Shown here piece after piece: positions 26,337 to 33,520 of a stretch of 33,520 nucleotides of DNA. Under the pieces are notes generated by a model. It made no database searches. It was not told the DNA's origin and worked only from the letters and a program-made list of their open reading frames with translations. The translations under genes and the position numbers were made by a program. Each line of letters starts with the position of its first letter. Position 1 is the stretch's first letter. This stretch comes from a virus (Duplodnaviria; Caudoviricetes). Location of the stretch: positions 1 through 33,520 of the IMG/VR virus record IMGVR_UViG_3300048574_000224. One strand, 5' to 3'.

Positions 26337-26720
26337 CTATACTACCGTCATCATTGCGGGTTCCGCCATGCGGGTCCGCAGTTTTGCCACCATATTGAAA
26401 TCTCCGCGCTCCCGGGCAGAATCGATTGCTGCGTTTAATGACACAACAACCGATTTTTGGTAATCCGGGATGGAGCCGTCGTATGCCAGGACATTCACCG
26501 TGTCAAAAGTCTTGACACTGCCGTATTCGTAGGGTCTTCTTTCATAAACGACGCCCGGGTAGAAGATAGTGCGCTGCAGGGGGTAATCAATACAGGCGAG
26601 TATTTTGATCCGGACCGAATCGGACAGCTTCGGATGATCTTCCACGAACCGGCCGATGTATCCGCCGTCAAAATCGCTTTTCGCGACAACCAGTTGATCT
26701 ACTGAAAAACTGTGCTTCAT
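26337..26720 (-). CDS. KapB-like protein
   Basis: 127 aa with ordered motifs G.YIG, IKILA, YP.Q, ERR...YG, YDG.IPDY..S matching KapB as recalled. Confidence 0.65.
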   Translation of the reverse strand: MKHSFSVDQLVVAKSDFDGGYIGRFVEDHPKLSDSVRIKILACIDYPLQRTIFYPGVVYERRPYEYGSVKTFDTVNVLAYDGSIPDYQKSVVVSLNAAIDSARERGDFNMVAKLRTRMAEPAMMTVV

Positions 26721-26733
26721 ACGGGAACCCTCC

Positions 26734-26820
26734 TTGCTTTAAGCGTCGTATGTGATATAATAAATATAGGTAATTTTTGCTTTGTAACTGCGGATCCGGT
26801 GATTTGCAGTTACTTTTTTT
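26734..26820 (+). ncRNA. Putative ~55-nt antisense sRNA with its own promoter and terminator
   Basis: TTGCTT-16-TATAAT with TG extension; 13-bp hairpin 26784-26813 followed by T7. Confidence 0.6.
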
Positions 26821-27007
26821 ATCTGGCGTTTTTAAGCTGTTCGTCTACCTCCCCCCCTACCTTCTTCCAGGCTCCGACGAACGCCATATCAACATCCTCG
26901 CCCTCGTCCAAAACAACCGTTGCCTGTGCCTCCGCCGTGATATTCTAGTAGTTTCCAAGGTTCTTCACCCTGCGGACCGAAACACTGATTTCCTTTACCT
27001 TTGACAC
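26819..27007 (-). pseudogene. 62-codon phage gene with an in-frame TAG at codon 21
   Basis: AGGAG RBS; MSKVKEISVSVRRVKNLGNY*NITAEA...; TAG at 26945-26947. Confidence 0.7.
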
Positions 27008-27028
27008 CTTGCCAACTCCTTTCAAAAT

Positions 27029-27244
27029 TTATTGCCTGACCTCGCTTCCCTCCTCTCCGACTATGGCCAACTCCGTTGGATCGTATGGCCTGCTTGCCGC
27101 TATCGGATTACCCGGTATGTAAAGGCCAACCAATCCGAAACGTCCGATCTGCCAAATTGTTCCCGTGAGTCCGCTTGACTTGATCACCACTTCGGTTCCG
27201 ATACCGGCCTGCTTGTCCCCTATTGCTACATAAGCCTGTGCCAC
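27029..27244 (-). CDS. Hypothetical protein
   Basis: GGAGG RBS before GTG. Confidence 0.55.
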   Translation of the reverse strand: MAQAYVAIGDKQAGIGTEVVIKSSGLTGTIWQIGRFGLVGLYIPGNPIAASRPYDPTELAIVGEEGSEVRQ

Positions 27245-27255
27245 CGCTTTCCCTC

Positions 27256-27510
27256 CTACCCCGCCAAAGCATTCCAGAATGCTTCGTCGAATTTTTTTCT
27301 CCACTCAAGGACAACCCATTTCGCTTGCTGTGATTTAATCTTTTGAGGAATAATTATTACGAATTCGAATGGAGTTGGGACCCGGTCGTTCATGTATTTA
27401 CTGAGAGTCCCCTGGCCGATATTCAAAGCGAGGGCCATTTCCTCCTGGGAAATCCGTAGTGCTTCCTGCAGCTCCCTGAGTTCTTTTCCGATGTATACCG
27501 CCTTGCTCAA
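27256..27510 (-). CDS. XRE-family HTH regulator
   Basis: LRISQEEMALALNIGQGTLSKY. Confidence 0.8.
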   Translation of the reverse strand: MSKAVYIGKELRELQEALRISQEEMALALNIGQGTLSKYMNDRVPTPFEFVIIIPQKIKSQQAKWVVLEWRKKFDEAFWNALAG

Positions 27511-27548
27511 CCTCCTTTCCTTTTGGGAATATCTATTCTCAATTTAAA

Positions 27549-27577
27549 TTGAGCCTTTTTAAAGCTTGTCCTATAAT
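27549..27577 (+). promoter_or_regulatory. Putative sigma-A promoter antisense to the early operon
   Basis: TTGAGC-17-TATAAT in an intergenic gap. Confidence 0.5.
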
Positions 27578-27636
27578 GAGAACCATGAAGCACATCAACC
27601 CCGGGCAACAGCCCGTCCTGCCATCCAGTCCAAAAG

Positions 27637-27894
27637 TCACTTCGAAGCAATCTTCCGCCCATTCAGGGCTTTTTTGCTATACCGTACCGTTACCTCGCAT
27701 CCGTAAATGTGACTCAGAACGCGGCCTATCTCTGCAAGGCGCCGTTCGTTTTCTTCCCTGGTGATCTGGGGATTGATGAAATATGCTTTCGTCTTCCCCA
27801 TAATCAGCAACTCGTCATACGGATTGCCCTGTTCATCGATCCCCGGGCCGAACCTCTGTATTTCTTCCTTCGCCTGGACCGGACTTCTTGCCAT
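27637..27894 (-). CDS. Hypothetical early protein
   Basis: GAGGT RBS; IT.EENERRL.EI. Confidence 0.65.
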   Translation of the reverse strand: MARSPVQAKEEIQRFGPGIDEQGNPYDELLIMGKTKAYFINPQITREENERRLAEIGRVLSHIYGCEVTVRYSKKALNGRKIASK

Positions 27895-27950
27895 AACCTC
27901 ACCCCAAATACAGCCTATTCGCCACGGATTTTGTCCCATAACATCATTAG

Positions 27951-28190
27951 TCAGATTACCGACCCGGTAGGCTCCGGAGTAATATACAGATCATTCACGC
28001 AAACTTCCAGCTTGGTAGCTATCAGTGCAAGCCTTTCAGCGGAAATGCCACACCTTCCTGATTCAAGATACGAATACCCTGTTGACGATTTGAGCCCCAA
28101 CAAAATAGCCATATCCATGCCAGTTAATTCTTTGGCTTTACGTAGCGCTTTGATTTTGGACAAATCAACTTTACTCGTAATGTTTTCCAC
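27951..28190 (-). CDS. cro: Cro-like XRE regulator
   Basis: IKALRKAKELT..DMA.LLGLKS..GYS.LESG; divergent from the repressor. Confidence 0.85.
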   Translation of the reverse strand: MENITSKVDLSKIKALRKAKELTGMDMAILLGLKSSTGYSYLESGRCGISAERLALIATKLEVCVNDLYITPEPTGSVI

Positions 28191-28198
28191 CGTTTCAC

Positions 28199-28328
28199 CT
28201 ACCATTTTGGTAACTTTGAGACCATTATATGCTACCTTTTTGGTAGTGTCAATAGGTAAATTACCATTTTGGTAGAATAATTTTACATGAAAGCTTTGTG
28301 TGCTAAAATGAAATTACCATATAGGCAG
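28199..28328. promoter_or_regulatory. Lysis/lysogeny switch: four operators and divergent promoters
   Basis: YTACC-N5-GGYAR at 28199, 28232, 28261, 28314; minus-strand TTGACA-17-TATAAT (28252-28224); plus-strand TTTACA-16-TAAAAT (28282-28309). Confidence 0.85.
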
Positions 28329-28339
28329 AAGGAAAGATT

Positions 28340-28660
28340 ATGTTCAACGGAGATAGGTTAAAGCTATTAAGAGAAGAAAAGAAAATGACACAAGAAGAAT
28401 TGGCAAAGCTGTTCAATGTGACAGACGCGACCATTAATAGATATGAAAAAAATCAGCGCCAACCTGATACCGATGCGCTTAATCGTTTTGCTGATTTTTT
28501 TGATGTAACAACAGATTACTTATTAGGAAGAACAGACAAGCGCAAGTTCAATGATGACGATCTGATATTTGGAATAGATGAAGAAATGATAAAAATCAAG
28601 CTGACAGATGACATTAAAAAAAGGCTGAAGGAAAAAGTTCTTAAAGCTTTTGAAGAATAA
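28340..28660 (+). CDS. cI: CI-like XRE repressor without a peptidase domain
   Basis: RLKLLREEKKMTQEELA...RYE...R.P....L...ADFFDVTTDYLLGR; only 106 aa. Confidence 0.9.
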   Translation: MFNGDRLKLLREEKKMTQEELAKLFNVTDATINRYEKNQRQPDTDALNRFADFFDVTTDYLLGRTDKRKFNDDDLIFGIDEEMIKIKLTDDIKKRLKEKVLKAFEE

Positions 28661-28805
28661 TTTTTTCTCCATTTCCTTGATAATCGATATTATAATATTT
28701 GATTCCTTTATAATAAACGAATTGTACATAATTGAATTCATCGCCTAAGCTTATGCTTTTGGCCTTTGCTCCAGGGTCATTATATGTATCGGCAGTAGAA
28801 TTCAT
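28641..28805 (-). CDS. 54-aa protein downstream of a LexA box; candidate antirepressor
   Basis: GGGGG RBS, own promoter, convergent 20-nt overlap with cI. Confidence 0.6.
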   Translation of the reverse strand: MNSTADTYNDPGAKAKSISLGDEFNYVQFVYYKGIKYYNIDYQGNGEKIILQKL

Positions 28806-28824
28806 AATAGTACCCCCAACAAAA

Positions 28825-28873
28825 AGAACAGATGTTCGCAGAACTATTATATCACCTTTGTATTCAAAGACAA
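28825..28873 (-). promoter_or_regulatory. Promoter with LexA (SOS/Cheo) box
   Basis: Minus strand TTGTCT-16-TATAAT with TG extension, then CGAACATCTGTTCT (GAAC-N4-GTTC). Confidence 0.75.
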
Positions 28874-29008
28874 GCCTCATTTTGATTTTATCGGAAGTGT
28901 TTTATTGAAAAATTTCATTTGCAAGGTTATTTTACCACTAGCTGGATATTTGGGCAATAGATACAATTTCCTATAAGTACACGTAGGACTATTGCCGGAA
29001 AGGAAAGA

Positions 29009-29416
29009 ATGATCGTGGAGGTATATGACGAAGAGAAAATAAAGGAATTAAAAAATACAATAGCAGAAAATAAGAAATTTTTATTTGAAGAATTTATACA
29101 TTTAATTATTACTATCATTGGCATTGCTTATATGATTGCTTTTATAGGCATTGCACCTGTAATAGCTATATTTCATTATACAAAATCACCGTTTCTGATA
29201 AGCATAGTACTTGGTGGATGGTATGGAATCACTTATTTTTTTATATTCGACAAAGAAATAACCAATAATAAAGTATTTGGCTATTTTTCTCAGCATCTAA
29301 TTTTTTGGAAAGAATATTTTTCGGCACAAGCATCTTTGAAAAAAGAAATAAAGTATCTTCGAGCTTATAAAAATATGGACACCCAAGAAAGAATACGATA
29401 CTGGATAAAGCATTAA
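29009..29416 (+). CDS. AT-rich membrane protein (two TM segments), lysogenic cargo
   Basis: Two hydrophobic stretches; AAGGA RBS. Confidence 0.7.
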   Translation: MIVEVYDEEKIKELKNTIAENKKFLFEEFIHLIITIIGIAYMIAFIGIAPVIAIFHYTKSPFLISIVLGGWYGITYFFIFDKEITNNKVFGYFSQHLIFWKEYFSAQASLKKEIKYLRAYKNMDTQERIRYWIKH

Positions 29417-29418
29417 TT

Positions 29419-29631
29419 ATGATCATAAAATTGATTAAAACATTGCTATCATATTTTATAATGCCGGCAGCCGCGATCCTGCTCTACATTCCCCTATCAC
29501 TGGTACTCGGTGCGATCGGCTACCTGTTTGTTATCTTGCTTATGATCAGCCCATTTGTTCGGCTGGGATGCTATATATACGAAAACATTAAAGAAAGACG
29601 CAAATATAACAAAAGAAGCTTTAGATACTAA
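29419..29631 (+). CDS. Small membrane protein
   Basis: Long hydrophobic segment, basic tail. Confidence 0.6.
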   Translation: MIIKLIKTLLSYFIMPAAAILLYIPLSLVLGAIGYLFVILLMISPFVRLGCYIYENIKERRKYNKRSFRY

Positions 29632-29645
29632 AGGGGACGATAACT

Positions 29646-31214
29646 TTGTCAAGGGTATATCAAGACAAATACGCAGGAATACTGAGGGTCGCAATTTACC
29701 TTCGCAAATCCAGAGCCGATGAAGAGCTGGAGCGCGAGCTCGGGAAAGGGGAAACTCTTGCCCGTCATAGAAAAGCTCTCTTTAGAGTTGTTAAGGACCA
29801 CAACTTTTGTATGGTCAGGGTCTACGAAGAAGTAGAGTCCGGCGACAGCATCATCAATCGGCCGGCCATGTTGGAACTCTTGCGGGATATTGCAGCTGGA
29901 CTTTATGACGCCGTGCTTGTCATGGACATCCACCGGCTTGGCCGCGGCGACCAGCAGGACCAGGGGCTCATTATAAAAACCTTTAAGGAATCCGGAACAA
30001 AGATAGTTACTCTGGATAGAGTGTTTGATTTAAATGATGAATTCGATGAAGATTATGTAGAAAATGAATCCTACATGGGACGCAAGGAATACAAATACAT
30101 CAAGCGCCGCCTCCAGGGCGGAAGGGTAAGATCGGTCGAAGAAGGCAATTATATTGGAACAAGGCCCCCTTATGGCTATTCTATCCGCAAGGAAAAACAC
30201 ATCCGGACGCTCGACCCTCACCCTGACCAGGCCGAAATTGTAAAAATGATATTTGACCTGTATGTGAACAAGGGAATTGGTATTCAGGAAATCGCCAATA
30301 CGCTGAATGCGACTGGCATTCCATCATATACCGGTATCCGGTGGGACAGGACCGTCGTTAGCTCGATCATCAAAAACGTGACTTACATCGGAAAAGTACC
30401 ATGGAATAGAAAAAAGACGACGGTGCCAAGAACAGAGACAACCAAACGGTCGGTTAGAACGCGCGATCGCAGCGAATGGATCGTGGCCAACGGGAAGCAC
30501 CCTCCGCTGATCGATGAAGCGACATTCCAGAGGGCCCAGGAAATAATCCGAAGCAAGTATCATGTCCCATACCAGGTTGTGAACGGCGTTAAAAATCCGC
30601 TTGCCGGAATAGTAGTCTGCGGAAAATGCGGTTACATGATGCATCGCCGGCCGTACAAATGCGGTGGGCCCCATCTCCTATGTGTGAACTGTGACAATAA
30701 AAGCAGCCGGCTGGATTATGTCGAGCAGAAACTGCTTGATATGCTAACTCTTCAGTTGAAAGACCTGCTTGCGGATACAAAGACCAAAAAGGCACCAAAT
30801 GAAAGTGCTAACCTAATTTCACTAAGAAAGCATGAAAGCCACCTGGAAAAGGAAATCAGTGAGTTGAACGGGCAAAAGAACAAGCTTCATGATTTACTTG
30901 AACGCGGAGTATATTCCACAGAGACATTTATTGAGCGGTCAAAAGTAATTGCGGACCGGATTGAAGAGATACAAAACTATATCAAGGCCGCAAGGCTCGA
31001 GATCGCAAAAGAAGAAAGGCTTCTGAACACACAAAAAACGGTTATTCCGCATATTCAGAATGTGTTAAACGGATATTGGAAAACCGATGACCCCATCGAA
31101 AAAAATATGCTTCTCAAAAGCGTCATTGAAAAAGTCGAATACGTCAAAACGAAGGACCAGCGCGATGATGATTTTTCGTTGAAAGTGTTCCGGAAGGTGC
31201 TATTTACGCCGTAA
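29646..31214 (+). CDS. Large serine recombinase (SpoIVCA-like integrase)
   Basis: YLRKS catalytic motif, D..RLGR, PPYGY, HPPLID, zinc ribbon CGKCG...CVNC, coiled coil. Confidence 0.95.
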   Translation: MSRVYQDKYAGILRVAIYLRKSRADEELERELGKGETLARHRKALFRVVKDHNFCMVRVYEEVESGDSIINRPAMLELLRDIAAGLYDAVLVMDIHRLGRGDQQDQGLIIKTFKESGTKIVTLDRVFDLNDEFDEDYVENESYMGRKEYKYIKRRLQGGRVRSVEEGNYIGTRPPYGYSIRKEKHIRTLDPHPDQAEIVKMIFDLYVNKGIGIQEIANTLNATGIPSYTGIRWDRTVVSSIIKNVTYIGKVPWNRKKTTVPRTETTKRSVRTRDRSEWIVANGKHPPLIDEATFQRAQEIIRSKYHVPYQVVNGVKNPLAGIVVCGKCGYMMHRRPYKCGGPHLLCVNCDNKSSRLDYVEQKLLDMLTLQLKDLLADTKTKKAPNESANLISLRKHESHLEKEISELNGQKNKLHDLLERGVYSTETFIERSKVIADRIEEIQNYIKAARLEIAKEERLLNTQKTVIPHIQNVLNGYWKTDDPIEKNMLLKSVIEKVEYVKTKDQRDDDFSLKVFRKVLFTP

Positions 31215-31237
31215 AGCGAGAATATGTATAGCCTGTA

Positions 31238-31252
31238 GGTGTAAACGAAATC
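31238..31252. other. Approximate att junction between prophage and sigK 3' half
   Basis: SigK similarity begins abruptly at AAC GAA ATC (31244); in-frame TAG at 31229-31231. Confidence 0.7.
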
Positions 31253-31528
31253 ACGCTGATCGACGTCATAGGGAACGAAGCCGAATCCGTCATAGACGAA
31301 GTCGAATTGAAGATGCAGGTAAAACGGCTCTATAATAAGATGAAGGCTGTGCTTAAAAAGCGCGAAAAGACAGTTCTTGAACTGCGATACGGGCTTTTGA
31401 ACGGCACGAGCAAGACACAGCGCGAGATCGCCGGAATGCTTGGAATATCCCGCTCCTACGTATCCCGGATCGAAAAGAAGGCGATCAAAAAACTGAGCAA
31501 GGAGCTTAAACCCGACAGCTGCCGCTAA
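31244..31528 (+). CDS. sigK: 3' half of interrupted sporulation sigma factor SigK (spoIIIC-like)
   Basis: NEITLIDVIG...REK.VLELRYGL....KTQREIA.MLGISRSYVSRIEKKA; regions 1-2 absent. Confidence 0.93.
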   Translation, partial: NEITLIDVIGNEAESVIDEVELKMQVKRLYNKMKAVLKKREKTVLELRYGLLNGTSKTQREIAGMLGISRSYVSRIEKKAIKKLSKELKPDSCR

Positions 31529-31540
31529 TGCGGCAGTTTT
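31519..31540 (+). terminator. Intrinsic terminator of sigK
   Basis: CTGCCGC-TAAT-GCGGCAG-TTTT. Confidence 0.75.
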
Positions 31541-31555
31541 ATTATGGGTCTGCGC

Positions 31556-32185
31556 CTATATGTGCTTGATATCGATCAATATTTCAGGCTCAAGCCTTCC
31601 CTTTAAAAGCTTCAATTTCCCCTTGTCCGCAAAGTCAACCGGCATATAGGCATTGATGGGGGTCGTATCATCGATGAGTCCCATCGCCAGATAAGTCTCC
31701 GCCACCAGCTCGCTGCAAAAATAGTGGTCAAGCGCTACCCTCTTGTGAAAAATCCGTCCCAGGGCAACCTCCCAGATCATCTCCCAGAAACCGGGATCCG
31801 GTATTCCATGGAGTTTCACGAACAATCCTTCGATGGCCTGCAGCATGGACTCTGTCCGCTCCACCTCCAGCTTCCGGTAGGCAAAATTGGCATTTTCATA
31901 GTGCTTCAGGTCGTCGCCGTAATGCATGAGCCTTTCCTTCAGGTCCACCAGCTTCGGCCCCGGCTTCTGGTCGTGAAACAGCACGTCCGGCAGATTGGTG
32001 AGGGAAGTCGCTTCCCAGATCAGCGGCCCGTCGAAGCCGGAACGACGCACGACCATTCCGACATGGGACCACTCGCTTCCCTCCAGCAATTCAATGAACT
32101 TGCTGCCTTCGTACTTCCCATTGAAAAGAACCAGATCGCCTGTCTGCATGCCTGGCGCCAGGTCGTCAAACGGAATTTTGTTCAT
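31556..32185 (-). CDS. Permuted papain-like NlpC/P60 (YiiX/YebB-like) enzyme
   Basis: GDLVLF, WSHVGMV, FCSELVA. Confidence 0.85.
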   Translation of the reverse strand: MNKIPFDDLAPGMQTGDLVLFNGKYEGSKFIELLEGSEWSHVGMVVRRSGFDGPLIWEATSLTNLPDVLFHDQKPGPKLVDLKERLMHYGDDLKHYENANFAYRKLEVERTESMLQAIEGLFVKLHGIPDPGFWEMIWEVALGRIFHKRVALDHYFCSELVAETYLAMGLIDDTTPINAYMPVDFADKGKLKLLKGRLEPEILIDIKHI

Positions 32186-32196
32186 AAGTCCCCCCC

Positions 32197-33300
32197 CTAC
32201 GCATACACATTATTGCGGCCTTCGCTCTTTACCCGGTATAAAACCTTGTCCGCCTTATCGACAAGCTGCTCCGCCGTATCCCCCTCCCATTTTGCAATAC
32301 CGCAGCTGAACGACAGGCCGATGCCCTCGAAATTCAGTTGCCGGATTTCATCCAGGAGGCGTATGGCGATTTCCTTCGTATAATTTATATTGCTTCCCGG
32401 AAGAATGATCAGGAACTCGTCTCCGCCGTACCGGCCCGCTATATCGTTCTGCCGGATGTTTTTCAAAATGCATTCGGATACTTTTCGCAGAACATCGTCC
32501 CCGGTCTTATGTCCGTAAATATCGTTGACCTGCTTGAAACGGTCCAGGTCGATCAGCATGATCGACAGGGGCTCCGGTTTGATTCTGGCCTGGGATATGG
32601 CGCTTTCCAGCAGCTCATAGATGGCCAGATGGTTGTAAAGGGAGGTAAGGCCGTCATGCCTCGCAAGATAAAGAAGCTCGGAATTTTTTTCGTTGGACCG
32701 CTGTTTGTCCAGGTATTCAATAATGCTGTACCGGAACATCATGAAAGAGATCAGGAAGGCGATGATATTCAGGATCAACCCGTTCATTATGTGAGAGGTC
32801 AAATACTCCGGCTTGCTTTGAAAATGGCGGATTCCAAACAGGAAAACCGCAAGCGCCGTTCCGAAGAGCAGGGCCGTCATCCACGGCCGCATACGGACAA
32901 CTGCTGCAACGGCAACCAGAACCAGAATGTAAATGCTGATATCCGATGTAATGGACTGGGCTTTGAAGGTATTTATCACGGCCCACAGCATTATGACAAA
33001 TACAATGCCGACCAGCGATGGTTCCATCAGGCCCCGGGCGCGGGGGTTGCTTTTGTTTAAAATTTTCAGTTCCGCATACGATATCACGCTGAACAGAATA
33101 ATGAATACTTTTAACAGGATGAGCTCCCGGTCATGAAGAATGCTCCCTTTTCCCGAGATATAGATGACCATTTGAACCGCCTGGAGCGACGCCAGCGCCA
33201 GCAGGACGCTGCAAACCCTGGAGGAACTTTCCGCACTGATCGCCTGATAAAATGTCTTTCTGTCTTCCTTGGGGATTTGTTCCGTGAGATTTTTAATCAT
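32197..33300 (-). CDS. Membrane-bound diguanylate cyclase
   Basis: Multiple TM helices; DGLT.LYN, DLDRFKQVND, RQND I-site, GGDEF; start may be 33336. Confidence 0.92.
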   Translation of the reverse strand: MIKNLTEQIPKEDRKTFYQAISAESSSRVCSVLLALASLQAVQMVIYISGKGSILHDRELILLKVFIILFSVISYAELKILNKSNPRARGLMEPSLVGIVFVIMLWAVINTFKAQSITSDISIYILVLVAVAAVVRMRPWMTALLFGTALAVFLFGIRHFQSKPEYLTSHIMNGLILNIIAFLISFMMFRYSIIEYLDKQRSNEKNSELLYLARHDGLTSLYNHLAIYELLESAISQARIKPEPLSIMLIDLDRFKQVNDIYGHKTGDDVLRKVSECILKNIRQNDIAGRYGGDEFLIILPGSNINYTKEIAIRLLDEIRQLNFEGIGLSFSCGIAKWEGDTAEQLVDKADKVLYRVKSEGRNNVYA

Positions 33301-33414
33301 TCCTCGCCTCCGCCAGCATCTGGATAAATCCATCATATCCTAATAATTGGCACATGGCAAGACGATTATTGATTTTTTACATATTTTTTCCTGGAAACCC
33401 TTTTAAATGCCTTT

Positions 33415-33520
33415 TCACATCCCCCTATCCGTCATTTGCCTTGCGATTTCGGAGAAGACCGGGGCCGCCGCCTTTCCTCCGTACTGGCCGTTTTCAACGA
33501 AAACAACGACGGAATATCTG
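33415..33520 (-). CDS. 3' end of a penicillin-binding protein (transpeptidase domain), partial
   Basis: RYSVVVFVENGQYGGKAAAPVFSEIA. Confidence 0.7.
   Translation of the reverse strand, partial: RYSVVVFVENGQYGGKAAAPVFSEIARQMTDRGM

Larger units (their letters stand above)
1..31243. mobile_element. Prophage integrated in sigK (skin-like element); left end lies outside the window
   Basis: Contiguous lysogeny, replication, packaging and head modules ending in a large serine recombinase 30 bp from a 5'-truncated sigK. Confidence 0.95.

Noticed and set aside
2000-27000. Impression that TCCGGA/GGATCC/CCGG words are over-represented
   Set aside because: Not counted; could reflect codon usage and needs a Markov-model test against the host genome
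28921-28970. SigE-type promoter upstream of the recombinase operon (GATACAAT)
   Set aside because: No matching -35 element at the expected spacing
1-31214. Genome-wide TAG recoding, suggested by the internal TAG at 26945
   Set aside because: Many genes (sbcC, abrB, the initiator, the MTase) end cleanly at TAG, and no other genes appear interrupted
31307-31528. Standalone 73-aa sigma region 4 protein as in the ORF track
   Set aside because: SigK similarity extends upstream to 31244 and the TTG has no RBS; it is a split-gene fragment

Overview
Positions 1 to ~31243 are the right-hand ~31 kb of a temperate prophage in a spore-forming Firmicute, probably Clostridia (inferred from the SigK, AbrB and ACP sequences). 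It is inserted in the mother-cell sporulation sigma factor gene sigK, making it a skin-like gene-intervening element. A SpoIVCA-type large serine recombinase (29646-31214) is followed by a headless 3' half of sigK that starts at N-E-I-T-L-I-D (31244-31528). Unlike the degenerate skin elements, the visible part looks largely intact. It has a cI/cro switch with four operators, an early operon (SbcCD, probable annealing protein, initiator with iterons, DUF1064 nuclease, ASCH protein, half C5-MTase) and a late region (TerS, TerL, portal, scaffold, capsid, virion-type metallophosphoesterase). The most unusual region is a 2-kb host-mimic cluster in the early operon: a KapB-like protein, an acyl carrier protein lacking the canonical phosphopantetheine Ser, an unannotated tRNA-like RNA and an AbrB homologue. 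Also notable are a LexA-box-controlled 54-aa ORF convergent on the repressor, a shared late-promoter motif, a structured scaffold leader and a small antisense RNA. Host genes follow sigK: a permuted NlpC/P60 enzyme, a GGDEF protein and a PBP 3' end. All family assignments come from motif recognition by eye; no database searches were run.
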